Shown here: positions 1 through 12,639 of the stretch, in pieces
Position numbering within the stretch: the first letter of the stretch is position 1
How the letters are laid out: every line of letters starts with the position of its first letter
Source of the DNA: Bispira polyomma
Taxonomy: Eukaryota
Assembly: GCA_965649765.1 (NCBI GenBank)
Contig: OZ287756.1
Coordinates: 44,888,001 to 44,952,000, forward strand
Direction: 5' to 3'
DNA: 64,000 nt
Program-made: the position numbers and the translations under genes
Notes under the pieces: model-generated
Database searches by the model: none
The model's input: only the letters and a program-made list of their open reading frames with translations
Told to the model about the DNA's origin: nothing

Positions 1-228
1 TTTAGAAGAGCATTCAGAAAAAACCTAAAGTCCTACCTTTTCAGGTTGGCCTATCCTTCTGAAAGTTTTGTTAATACCACATTTTCCTCAGGAACCCCAT
101 ATCATGTACCTGGAATATTTAAATGATTAACTCCATAGATGGTCCCCTTAGAGAATGATGACTGAATAACAAATTGGGGTGCCATAGAAATTATATATGA
201 TCCCACATAGATCTACAAAAATACTTAC

Positions 229-335
229 CATATCTGCGGCCAGTTTTCACAGAAACTCTGACGTCTGAATTTCTCCAGCCAGAGTTGAACACAAAACAGT
301 TCCCAAGTATAGGATTGTAGTATGGAAGAAATTGT
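229..335 (-). CDS. DEG/ENaC family channel, internal exon (QFLPYYNPILGNCFVFNSGWRNSDVRVSVKTGRRYG)
   Basis: tttcag acceptor at 336-341 and GTAAGT donor at 223-228. 107 nt, phase 2 to phase 1. The GNC-x-x-FNSG motif is typical of the DEG/ENaC ectodomain, and the phase fits the 2678-2873 exon. Confidence 0.9.
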
Positions 336-1626
336 CTGAAAGGACAAAAGATCAACAAAAGGTGAACTCGTTATGCACAGTAATGGGAAAAAGCCGAGAT
401 ACATTTTATGTTGCCATTCATATTAATTAATGGAGCTTAATTCCAGCGAAAAACATATGTTATCGGAATTTAGATCTCAAAATTCAGCAGCACAAATTTA
501 ATACAGCCATTGGTCATTATAGATATTATAAGTATTTTAGACCTTAAATAAATACAATCCCTGGACAGAAAATTGTTACATAATTATTATCCTGAAGACT
601 CAGTAGATGTATATTTTATTGACACCATAAAAGTTTTCAAATGTACACAAAATACTAGTAAGTTTTTTTTAATCTACAAATATATTTTTATTAAATGTCA
701 AAATTTCTAAATTGTGATTATTCTTGTTAAAAGCCGACAAGAAATGGCATGACTTTTTAAAACTTATTTTTTTTAATCAATTATACAATACTATAACTAT
801 GTGTTAAACTGATAACAATAAACCTGTCCATAAATGTTCTTCCCTTATAGGAATGCATTTTAACCGATGAACTGCACGGTGTCTCTAACGATAACAAAGC
901 AATGGTAACAATTTGCTCTATTATGACGTTGCAATGATGTCAGTGTGTCTTTTAGACGTTTGATGACGTCACATAATATTGATATATCTACTAGGACACA
1001 AAGGACACTAATATGGTTATCCTGCATGCCGTGTACAATCCATCCAGGTACTGAAATATGACCATTATATATCAATCATTGTGTAAATATTGAACTGGAT
1101 TCTCAAATAACTATAGCAGGAAAACTCTCTCCCCATTTTATTGGAGAGCAAAGCAAACTATTACTTCTAAACTATTAAATTACTTTCAATGTAACCATTT
1201 CTGTGAATTACACCAAATGAACATTATGCATCGGCTTTAGTTCACCTACTGTGTTTAATCTGTTCAGTATATGGATATGCTTTTTAAAAATCAGATATAA
1301 TTTGTTTGGCGCCATATGAATTAATTTAGATAGCCTGCACGAAATGAGTACCTGACATGCTCCTAACAAGAAGTGGTAGTTAGAGACTTGCTGAAGATCG
1401 GTAGTTTGCTGAGTAGCCGTGATCAACTACCCGTTCTGATTTTCTCGAAAAGTGAACAACCCGTTATGATATATGACAATGTGTTGGAAGATAAATTAAA
1501 CCCAAAATAAACTAACACCCACACGTGCCACCATGGGTTTGAATCTAAACTTTGCATCTTGGGTTTGAATCTCGGCTCTGGAGTGTATGCTCACCCCTAA
1601 ACTTGCATTGCTTACTTGCATTGCTT

Positions 1627-2703
1627 ACTGATAATAGCAATGAAAGCCTGAGTAAACCTAACCCACTCACTGGTAATAGCAATAAAAGCCTGAGTAAACT
1701 TAACCCACTCACTGGTAATATCAATAAAAGCCTGAGTAAACTTAATCCACTCACTGGTAATATCAATAAAAGCCTGAGTAAACCTAACCCACTCACTGGT
1801 AATAGCAATAAAAGCCTGAGCAAACTTAACCCACTCACTGGTAATAGCAATGAAAGCCTGAGTAAACTTAACCCACTCACTGGTAATATCAATAAAAGCC
1901 TGAGTAAACTTAACCCACTCACTGTAATAGCAATGAAAGCCTGAGTAAACCTAACCCACTCACTGGTAATAGCAATAAAAGCCTGAGTAAACTTAATCCA
2001 CTCACTGGTAATATCAATAAAAGCCTGGGTAAACTTAACCCACTCACTGGTAATATCAATAAAAGCCTGAGTAAACCTAACCCACTCACTGGTAATAGCA
2101 ATAAAAGCCTGAGCAAACTTAACCCACTCACTGGTAATAGCAATGAAAGCCTGAGTAAACTTAACCCACTCACTGGTAATATCAATAAAAGCCTGAGTAA
2201 ACTTAACCCACTCACTGGTAATAGCAATGAAAGCCTGAGTAAACTTAACCCACTCACTGGTAATATCAATAAAAGCCTGAGTAAACCTAACCCACTCACT
2301 GGTAATAGCAATGAAAGCCTGAGTAAACCTAACCCACTCACTGGTAATAGCAATGGAAGCCTGAGTAAAGTTAACCCACTCACTGGTAATATCAATAAAA
2401 GCCTGAGTAAACTTAACCCACTCACTGGTAATATCAATAAAAGCCTGAGTAAACTTAACCCACTCACTGGTAATATCAATAAAAGCCTGAGTAAACTTAA
2501 CCCACTCACTGGTAATAGCAATGGAAGCCTGAGTAAACTTAACCCACTCACTGGTAATATCAATAAAAGCCTGAGCAAACTTAACCCACTCACTGGTAAT
2601 AGCAATAAAAGCCTGAGTAAACTTAACCCACTCACTGGTAATAGCAATGGAAGCCTGAGTAAACTTAACTCACTCACTGGTAATAGCAATGGAAGCCTGA
2701 GTA
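1627..2703. repeat. 42-bp minisatellite, about 25-26 units, built from the exon end plus splice donor of the DEG/ENaC gene
   Basis: Unit ~ACTGGTAATAGCAATGAAAGCCTGAGTAAACTTAACCCACTC with a few variant positions and a 1-nt deletion near 1924. The last unit overlaps the coding exon at 2678-2703. Confidence 0.97.
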
Positions 2704-2873
2704 CTGACAGTCCAGTATGGTGTCATTAGGCTGGTGTCCCACTTGGAACTGTATCAGACTGTCCAGTTGGGCCAAGATCTCTGCCATCTTCTCCTCCTTC
2801 ATAAATGAGGCTCTGGGGTAGTTCCTGTCAAACAAACTTCCTGGGATGGGCTGACCCTCCAGGCTGGTGTTAA
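2678..2873 (-). CDS. DEG/ENaC family channel, internal exon (NTSLEGQ...VGHQPNDTILDCQYSGFHCYYQ)
   Basis: ttacag acceptor and GTGAGT donor. 196 nt, phase 1 to phase 2. Carries the GHQ-x2-D-x-ILDC-x2-SG-x2-C motif seen in DEG/ENaC channels. Confidence 0.88.
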
Positions 2874-3304
2874 CTGTAACCATACAACAAACACAAATGT
2901 ATAATATTATTGAAAGCTTCCATTTTAAGTGATCATCTAAACTACTATGTATGTGACTGTATCTGGTCGCTCCAGACTGGTATGGAACTCCGGCATGGTA
3001 TTCAATTGCAATTTGATTGGCTGGAAATATATTGTTCTATATAATCTGCTTGGCTGACACGAAGGAAAGTCTAATATAAGAATGTTTGTTAATATTGAAA
3101 CCAGATAATCTGTGTTTCCAAGTGAGTCTAGTATCCACTTGGTCACAGTTAATTCGTAATGAAATGCAGCTGTCAAAAACAGGCATTTATTTTGGCACAA
3201 ATTTCCAAATACAATTGTACAATGCATAGGATGAATAGCACTAATTATGACAGATGGTAAATTTAAAGCCTTTATAACTTTGTTATCTTCATTTTGAAAT
3301 ACTA

Positions 3305-3308
<4 letters not shown>

Positions 3309-3378
<70 letters not shown>

Positions 3379-3391
3379 AAATATATATATA
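3309..3391. repeat. (TA)n microsatellite
   Basis: Long TA dinucleotide run, seen directly. Confidence 0.95.
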
Positions 3392-5463
3392 TGATATCAA
3401 AAATTAATATTAATGATCTGCAATACACACTGTTAACAAAAAAAAAAAAAAAAAGAGCAAGGAAAAACAGTAGGCACTTGGTGTAAATTGTTGCTGCTTA
3501 TGTAAAGTAGGGTTTTAAATATAAATGTATTAGAGATTTTTGCACAATAAATATCCTTAGATAAATATTTGTTTATATGGGATTTATTTGGTGTCTATTG
3601 TTCAAAAACATAGATGGGCAAATATATATACTTAATATATTGTATGTTTTACAAAATATATCAATGGGAACAAGTATCAGTATTTCCATTGCAATATATG
3701 AAATTTAATGCCCCCCCCATATGAATATGTAATTGTATTTGATGTCCGATTATAAGCTTTCCTGGTAGTTTTCCCTTTTAACTCATTGGGTGATAACAAA
3801 GATCAGAGAGAACAAAGAACAAAGCCAGGAGTTAAAGCACTCTCTTGAGTAAATGTCTGGGCTCCCTAACAAAAGCAACAATAACCAAACATGAAACAAT
3901 GGTAAATGGAGCATGCTCTCTTTGAAGTTCAAGTAGGACAGCATTGGAACTAACAAGATACTACTGACAAAAAATCCTAGTAAATATAATTAATAATATT
4001 GTCCCACTGATTGTCCATAGATTCTATTCAAATTTGTTATATTTAGAGAGTAATGCAAATATACCTAAAGTTTTTTTAGTTTTCTGGAGTGTGTGTGAAA
4101 TAGATGGCATTGGTCTTTTTTTGTAATAAATTGATACCATTTGTATTTAGATTTACATTAATGTGCCAAAAACCCATTGACTGTTGTTAAGTATGAAACT
4201 TTTCACAGTTGACTACGTCTCGCAGTGAACAAGAAGTACAGTATTGACAGTACTTTTTGATTTGATCATAGGGTTACAAATTAAAAGTCAGAGATGCCAA
4301 AACTCCACAGCCTTTAGGTGAAATTCCACCATGATGTTGCACACCTGCACTCTCTGTTGAGTATTTGTACCAAATAGTGAATTCTGCATCCTCATGGTTT
4401 TTTAACGAACTAGCTAGGGCAGAGAATTTTGGCAGCCACTGCTTGTTAACTTGGACTAATGCCCTTCTGGATGACCCAGTGAAAGCAATACCCCATAGCC
4501 TATATATAGGTTGTTGAGTGAAACTCCAAAACTAAGGTTAAGATGTATTAGCTGTCCAGAGAGAGTGCTTCAGTAATGTAAATGTTGTATAGGTTATAGT
4601 CTGCCTATGACATTTGGTGAGGTTTCAGGGTTTACAAGCGTCCCCTAACGTAGCAAAGCCATATAAACGGAAAACGTGGTTGTTTCGTGCAAAGTGACGT
4701 CATTTCCACAAAGGGAGAGTCGATTGTGACGTTTTTGTGACGATGTTGGTACTTGTACACACAAAGCAGGGGCAAAAATCAATCACTTTACTAGTAGGAT
4801 ATCCCTATTTTCTACTACGTAGAGCTACTATGCTGCTACTTACTGGTGCGTTCTGTTGCTTTCTGCTACTTAGTGAAATGTTTTTGACTAGCAGAGACGA
4901 CTGAAGACAATCTCACTACTTACTGGGACTTCCTCGCTACCTACTACAATGTAGAGCTACTTACCGAAACGTCTATACTACTTTTGGAAACGTTCCCGGG
5001 GCGAACAGAGAAACATGGAGCAACGTGAGTTGTGACACGATTGTTATAAACAGTTTGAAACAATCGCGATAGCAGGCCAAACGGAGATGTTTCCAGAACG
5101 ATATCATCCATTAAGCAACGTCACGGAACAAACGCACCTGGGATCATCACTTTGGCATTACCTTCTACTAAGTTTCCAAACAGTTCAAAACGTCACACAC
5201 ACATAGCTCCAGCACGTGTAGGTGTGACCAGGCTATGAGGGAGCAATCATCCATATTACCCCAATGTGGTTTAGAGACTAACAACCATTTGCAGCATGGT
5301 TGACATTTATACATATGGAGATGGAAGAATGGTGTGTGAAAAAAGTACTTCGTCCAAAGCCACAATCTCCATGCCAATGAGAATCAACCTTGGAACCCTC
5401 CGATCCCCAGTCAACCTTCAGACCACTGAGATCACCCAGTCTATGGTAATAACTTTCACTTAC

Positions 5464-5599
5464 CCAGCCTGCCCTCTATAAGCTCCCTGACGGCAGGCAC
5501 CAGACCCAGCTGTCTTTTGTTGACTGGGTTCATGTTACAGATACTGATGGCTGGAAAGGTCAGCTCTCGCTGATGCTGCATCTGGATCACTATGTCCAC
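5464..5599 (-). CDS. DEG/ENaC family channel, post-TM1 exon (VDIVIQMQHQRELTFPAISICNMNPVNKRQLGLVPAVRELIEGRL)
   Basis: catag acceptor and GTAAGT donor. 136 nt, phase 0 to phase 1. FPAISICNMNP matches the family signature FPAVT(I/V)CN-x-N. Confidence 0.93.
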
Positions 5600-6244
5600 C
5601 TATGGGGCAGTATTACACATGTACAGATAGTGCACCATTACCAAAGCCATGTTAGGTACTTGTAAGTAACAAACCAAACTGCTGGAGGATACTTTTTACA
5701 ATCAAAAAAGAAAAAAAAAACATTTCATTTTGGCAAGGATAAAACATTTGATTGCCAATACAGAGAAACTTAATTGAGAAGCCAACTCTATAGAGAGACC
5801 ACTTTTGTATAAAGTCTAATATTCTTTATATACAATCTATATATAAAGAGCACCTGCTAATTTAGACCACTTTTCAGGTTCCATTGGATGGTTTTAATAT
5901 AACAAGTTGTCACTGCAAATCAACAACAAAAAGAATGTAACATCCCTTATTATGTTGTTTATACAATTCTGGTGTGCTTAGCATATATTGGTTGAAGATT
6001 ACCATTATCAGTATTCATAAATTTCTCTAGTTACATAACAATGTGCATCATTCAACATCTACAACTAGTGCTAATATTTAAATTATTGCTCAACTATTAG
6101 TGGTCACTTTATAGAAGCTACTGTTGTAGATATATGTCCAATTTATTTTCACCAATGATGAAGTCTTTGTGTTAAGGTAGTATTGCACTAGTAATGGTCT
6201 CCTAAGTATTATGCTTTATTGTTCTTTACTTGAAGCTAACATAC

Positions 6245-6345
6245 CTTGAATTTGACGAAAGTACTAACTATAAGGTACAAGTTCCCAACGAGAGCACCGA
6301 CCATGAGTAATGAGATACATGTCCACACTGACTTCTTCACTACTC
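6245..6345 (-). CDS. DEG/ENaC family channel, TM1 exon (VVKKSVWTCISLLMVGALVGNLYLIVSTFVKFK)
   Basis: Polypyrimidine/ttcag acceptor and GTATGT donor. 101 nt, phase 1 to phase 0. Hydrophobic helix preceded by KKxxW. Confidence 0.9.
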
Positions 6346-6642
6346 CTGAAAGAGAAAGAATGGGCAGACTATATGTATACTTAGATATTCACTTATTAAC
6401 ATAGAAAGATATACATCTGTGGCATTTAATAGACACAGCAGTAAAAAGCCATAAAAATATTATTAAAACATTATTTTAGTGACACTGCTTAACTTAAATC
6501 TTTATTTTACTTTACTTGTTCAACTTTCACTTTCCTAGAAAGTTCTGTTTAGCTCTAATTTCCAGTTTTTATTAATGTACTACTGATTTGTCAAAGAACT
6601 ACAATAGTTTGAGAAATATTTGTGGACAGTAATAGGACCCAC

Positions 6643-6827
6643 CTCTAGCTACATTGATATGAGGTATTCCATGAGATGTAGTGTGAGCTACCAGCCCCCC
6701 AAGTAGGGAGGAAGGTCCAATCTGGCTAAGAGGGGTGTTAGGGTCTGGGTCTGCAGTATGGAACTCATAGTTACAGCAACATTTCTTCTGTTCTGGCTCC
6801 ACCAGGGCTGTGGAGGCAGCCCTCTCT
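6643..6827 (-). CDS. DEG/ENaC family channel, N-terminal cytoplasmic exon with HG gating motif (..AHTTSHGIPHINVARG)
   Basis: TTSHG pre-TM1 motif. The GTGGGT donor in phase 1 fits the next exon. The ttccccag acceptor is plausible; the upstream start exon was not identified. Confidence 0.85.
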
Positions 6828-7704
6828 CTGGGGAAATACACAATAGGATGTAATCAGTACAACTGGTATGGGGTCTAAAGGGCAGAATGCTAATACTTAA
6901 GACATAAAGTACCCTTGACTGTCCTCTCTCTGGGGGAAATATAGACTATAATGTAATGATTATAACTTGTAGTAACTTATACAATGGTGATAAGTAATAA
7001 ATAGTAAATATAATTCAAAATCATCATCTGTTAAGGATATAATATCACTATTGTCTGATAATGGTGCATATGAACTTGTGCTTGTACACTTGAAAACCAC
7101 ATATTTAAGGTTATAATTATATCCTTCTATTGTTCTTTTCTTAATTTCTTTATTTTTCATTAAATTCATCATCATTTCAGATTAAAATGAATTCACATTC
7201 TTAGCAATACAAGTTATTGATACAAACTCTTCCTGAAGGTACATCTACCACTTAACTTCAATACTCTCTGTAATGTACAGTGTTAAAATTTTTTTTTTTT
7301 TTTTTAGATTATTGATTGTGAAAGGAATACTTCGATCATTTCAGTTATTGTCATGCCTTGCATGTATTTCTGGAATGTGAATGATCAAAGCTGCTGTTTT
7401 GTGTCAAAATTATTGGGCTTATTTTTAGTAGAATATTGTACCGTAACACTGTACACCTAAAAAAACACAAAAATTGAAGTGGCATTTATTTTCAGCTATT
7501 CTGAAGCTGCCAGAATGGCATATCGAACATGTATAGATAAATATTATTGCTTATTTTGCAGATACGTATATGACAAAACCAGTGTAACAAACTTATATTT
7601 CATACTTTGACACAATATTTCCATATTCATATATTTAATATTAATGTAGGTTTATAGTCTGATATCACCTACAATTAGACCTCATCCGACTTCGCAGTTT
7701 ACAG

Positions 7705-7946
7705 GCCCAGTGGTTAGCAAGCATTGTGCTTCACAATCACTGATCTCTCACCTCTGGGCGGCGTGAGTTCGAATCCAGTCGATGCCTATGTGGTAAAGGT
7801 GGTAGTTCCTTACTGTGGGCCGCTGGTTTCAGTGCAGAATCTTGATCAACTGTATGCAGTGTTTCCTCCAGCGTTTCCAACTACCCGTGCCAATATAACC
7901 TAAGCAGGTACTAGAGTGGACGTTAAGTATCCAAATTCAAATTCAA
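7705..7946 (+). mobile_element. tRNA-derived SINE, family 1 copy
   Basis: A/B-box-like head (agtggttag...gttcgaatcc) and tail gacgttaa-tatccaaattcaaattcaa. Highly similar to the copies at 11846 and 14224. Confidence 0.85.
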
Positions 7947-7949
7947 GCT

Positions 7950-8162
7950 TCGCAGTTTACATCGCCAGCCCTGGGCTCTTGTACTTGTCAACCAACTGTG
8001 CCACATACGGCGCAGAGAGTAACACCCATTAGCAGCCCAATTATACACCTGGGTGGAGAGGAGCAATTTTGTGTAAAGTACCTTGCCTGAGGGTACAATC
8101 TCCAGGTCAGCAGTGAGGATCGAACCTGGGAGCCTCTGATCCAAAATCAAGCACTAGGCTAT
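7950..8162 (-). mobile_element. tRNA-derived SINE, family 2 (CORE-like central domain)
   Basis: Minus strand reads ggttcgatcc (B-box), then gtaccctcaggcaaggtactttac...ccacccaggtgtataattggg. Related copy at ~17200-17410 and fragment at ~51570-51620. Confidence 0.7.
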
Positions 8163-8719
8163 AAAAACCTACCTAAAGATAATGTTACCATTCGCTTTAA
8201 TACAGCTTTTCAGGGTGGAACACCAAAAATTTGCATGTCATATTATATACCTTTACTAATGAGGTGAAGTTTTTGTCTGTGTCAATTATTTGGCTTATTT
8301 GTCAACAAAATGACTCCAACAAACTACCGAGCTGATTTGGTACAATGATGTGGCATGGACTAATAAGATCCATATAATTTTGTGAAGAGTATCCGGGTAG
8401 AAGATAGGCAAATATAAAACTCATCTTTTATAAAATTCGACAAGCATGGGCAAGCATTTCCAGGAATAGTGTGTTTTGCCAACTTCTGAGTTAGTCATGC
8501 ATTAATTAATTATATAACTTCGGCTTACACAACTATTCTTGGGTAAGAGGGTGCAGTTTCAAAAGTTTAAATTTAAGTTTTGACAATAGTTTGTCCCATT
8601 TATAACCAATATTCATATCATCTGTCACAAACAACTACTTTTGTCATCAACATACAAAACCCTCTCCTCTAAAAAAGAATAAAAAATGAAAAAGACGTTA
8701 GCTTATATCAAATAAGCTC

Positions 8720-9500
8720 ATGAAAAATGTGCTTAAGTCTATGTATCTTAAAAAAGAACTGCTGCTATATAAAAACGTATTGTGCTTTTGTCAATGTGGT
8801 TTTCATGATAGTATCAAAAATAAACTCTTGGTATAAAAAACACACTGTCTCATGTCAAGTGCATTTCATTGTTCCTATGGAGATTGCATGTAATCAAACA
8901 CAGGTTTATTTATCACCACTTGTCAACATATCTGTCATAGAATCACGACAAATAGCTAAAAAAGTATTTCATTTTTTCATTGAGTTGACACTAAAAATTA
9001 GATGTTTGAAATTTATTAAGACTTAATCCAATAGTTGTTTAAGCACAATGATTGTCTAATTCATATAGCACATTTGGTAAATGCAGTATGCAAAGTAATT
9101 AGTCTTGATTTATGTACAAATTTATTAAAGGATGGGATTGGATTTCCTCAAGTTTCACAATATAGCAATAAAACAATTGATAGAGCTCACCCCTGTGAGC
9201 TTAGTGAGTTTGTACATGATTGCATCAACAAAAGATTCAATTGAGTGAATAATTTTTACGAGGTATTGAATTGTCAAAACCCTTATTCTCTCCAAAGAAA
9301 CCTCAAGCTTAAAATGTTCACACTGTCAACTATAATGGAATTATGATTTCATATGTAGAAGGCCTTGTATATGGGACTAACCTATAATTTGTGACAATTT
9401 TTTTAAATAGAGCTTTTAGCCCAAAACTCAAATTAAAAACACTTATTATTAGCCAGCAATAGGGAGCCTTTAAATTTGAGCTTGATTCTGCTTTGAGATT
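8720..9500 (+). mobile_element. Degenerate CR1-like LINE 3' region
   Basis: Broken reading frames resembling the LINE ORF2 C-terminus (PYSL...; G..W.NL). Recognised by eye only. Confidence 0.35.
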
Positions 9501-11845
9501 CAGATTTTGTGGCTACAAATCTACCCACAAAAACCTTACGTTTTTAATGACCCAAATCAAAAACCTTGATCACCTTATGTTAGCACATGGCATCTGAATC
9601 AACTAAGACATTTCCTATAATCCAACAACTGGTGTTTAAGCCTGGCATTAAGGTCTCTCTCTATGGTGTAACTTTAGATTTTTTTCCTATTGATATGCCA
9701 AGTGGCTGCTTTTCTGTCCAGACGTATCCTGTGTCTTGAAGCATGACACTGTAAAAACTCCGGTCTCTTTATCTAGGGCGTGTGGTTGTGTGTGTATTAT
9801 TCATGAAAGCATCTTAAACTCACAATCAATCTTTGTTGTACAAGTTACATATATCTTAAATCTGACGGTATATTTATATTCATCGCCAAAAGTTCAATTA
9901 ATACGAATGGTTACATGTCTAACTTATTCCCAGGGATATCTAAGGAAATTCATTATTGTATGTGTGTATTTTGAGTTTAAACAGGAAGAGGAGCTCTCGG
10001 GACCTTTGATCAATAATACGTGTCCAGTGACATCAAAGTACAGAGAGTTACTACTTAGAAAGCAACACAGTTAAATAGACTAATCCATCAGGTAAAGCTA
10101 GAGAGGGAAGAAAGAGGTAGGGGCGGAAGGGGGGAGTAGGTACAAAAAGCAGGGGGATTTGTAGGAATGTGCTTTAACTGGTAATCCATCTCTGGTCTTT
10201 TTTGGTCCTTACTTGTAATAGAGTCAACTCACGACAACAAACCAATTGTTTAGTAGACAAAATAGACTTCCTTCCCACCCCTGCAACTAAATTTCATATA
10301 CAGCAGTTTAGCATTTATTTATTTTTTTTTTGTGATTAATCCCAGATTATATTCCTAAGCCTTAAGCTTCACATTTTGGCTGAAAAGTTACGATTTTGGA
10401 GTTGTTCCCAGGGCTAGTAACAGCACAAGAATTTCTTTGGTTAGTGTTAACATTGCTCCTAACACTGAGACTCAGTAAAAGTAGGGAGTCTTAAATATTT
10501 TGGACATGAATATTAAACTTAAAACTGATACCTTCTTGTGAATACACTTTCCCACTTGAAGCCACTGATGACAAAGCAACAAACACTGGCAACTGGCAAA
10601 ACAACCCCCTTCCCGGAGGCAATAAGAGATTCTTTATGGCCAAAAGTAGTAAACAAGCTATACAAAAATTGGTCAGGCGTGGCTGATCAGATATTGAATA
10701 ACCTACTTTAGCCTGTGGTCTACAGTGGCTTAGTTATTAGGGAGTTTAACACTAATGCTGCTAGTTTCGTTGGTGAGATAACAACCTTGGGCAAGATGTG
10801 ATCCCATCACAATTGCCTACTGATCCTCTGTGTTTATGAATTTGAGGTCATTAGATATAAAATTTTTCAGATATTTGCACTTCAGACAAAACATGTTGCT
10901 CTAATTTCATAGATATATCGCGAGAGGTTTGTAAAGCAAAGGTGGCTGCCTTAATTGGTAAATATTAAATAATAGAGACATAGCTCCACTGAAGAGCCAT
11001 AATTCGAAAAAGTAAAGAAAGACCAGACCACATGTCTGCATCTGCCCTTCTATTTAGATCCAAGAACTTTGCCTGGGTCCATGTTTGCATCCCTCCACCA
11101 AATTTCATGCAAATCGATGCAGTAGTTTTATCTGCAACCCTAGTAACAAACAAACCACTGTACCCACAGGCCTACAGGACCTCAACAATGTGAACTATGA
11201 TTATATATATATATCTTACCATTACAACACTAGTTAAAGTTTTAATGGTGTAATTTTTAAATGTAAACTTTTTCTTACAAATGACTAATGATTTCTGAAT
11301 AGTTCATTCAATGACCATAACAAAATAAGAAGGTCAGTTTCTTTCTTAATTTTCCAAAATGCCGAAATTGTTTGAGCACAGATCTGTGTCTTCAGCAAGC
11401 AAACTTACATCCTCCATTATCACCAAAGGTTAAACAGAACTGAATATGAACATCCATTATAAGCTTCTTACAGCCATTGATTTAATGCTAAATATTCAAA
11501 TTAGGGACCAAACATGAACACCCTAAAAACTTCCTGTCTTTTGTGATCATTTTTACCAAAGTCACTTCCAGGGTAATATCCTCTTATAGCTTTATGACGT
11601 CATTAACCTATTGACAAAACCATCATCAAAAGAATTTTGTGTCTCACTAGAGGTAACTATGTTCCTGTCATCTTGTTAATCAAGTATCGGTGTCACAAAC
11701 TTGTAAAGGAAAGAAACTAACTGGGACTACTTAAAGAAACTTAATTGAAAATAAAGTAAATTGATGTTTTGAAAAGTAATCATAGTGGCAAGATGCATTA
11801 CCCTCTCACCAATATTGGTTTGAATCCTGTTGTCCTTTCATGTGG

Positions 11846-12103
11846 GGGGCCGCAGTGGCCTAGTGGTTAGCAAGCATTGCGCTTCATAATCACTGGTGTC
11901 TCACCTCTGGGCGGTGTGAGTTCGAATCTCGTTGATGCCTATGTGGGAAAGGTGGTAGTTCTTTACAGTGGGCCACTGGTTTCAGTGCAAAACCTTGACT
12001 GACTGTATGCAGTGTTTCCACCACCGTTTCCAACTACCTGTCCCAATATAACCTACTAAAAGGTACTAGAGTGGACGTTAAATATCCAAATTCAAATTCA
12101 AAA
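11846..12103 (+). mobile_element. Full-length family 1 SINE nested in an older SINE, with TSD
   Basis: ggggccgcagtggcctagtggttag head and gttcgaatc B-box. Flanked by direct repeats cctttcatgtggg at 11834-11846 and 12104-12116. Confidence 0.9.
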
Positions 12104-12292
12104 CCTTTCATGTGGGAAAGTTTGTCAAGTATTTGCTATAGGCTGGTAGCTCCTCCACCATTAAATCTAGCTGTCGTCATATGACCTAAGTCATTAAGGC
12201 CAAATTAATTTAAATTTAAAAATACCAAAATATGTTGTGACATCAAACACTTATAAATTACTTATACAATACATAAGACACCCCCCCCCCCC

Positions 12293-12335
<43 letters not shown>

Positions 12336-12639
12336 GAAAAATCAAGAAAAAAATAATCTAGGATGATGGATTGGTAATTTCTTTTATCGATGACTTCAAT
12401 ATTATTTTGGTTATCAATTGCAATGCCTGCAATTATCAACTTTTGAAACAAATGTATAACAAGTCCCTAAATGGGGCTGCTAGTTCAGTGACTGTCTTCT
12501 CAAGTATTGAAAATTTTTAAATCTTGGAAGAAATGCCAGTCATTGTGGAAATTTGACTATGCAGGAGTAATATCCAGTCACAGTCCAGTTACCCTTGAAG
12601 TTAGGTGTTGTACTTAGGGTATAATAATACAGCGTGCCT

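Noticed and set aside
1545-2689. Leu-rich 125/256-aa and Asn/Ser-rich 130-aa ORFs
   Set aside because: Artefacts of the stop-free frames of the 42-bp minisatellite. The true coding frame is the DEG/ENaC exon.
1627-2703. CRISPR-like array
   Set aside because: Units are contiguous with no unique spacers, there are no cas genes, and the context is eukaryotic.
2937-3428. 163-aa ORF with YI repeats
   Set aside because: Produced by the (TA)n microsatellite in an intron.
7705-7790. tRNA gene
   Set aside because: A/B boxes are present but they form the head of a multi-copy SINE, and no complete cloverleaf is evident.
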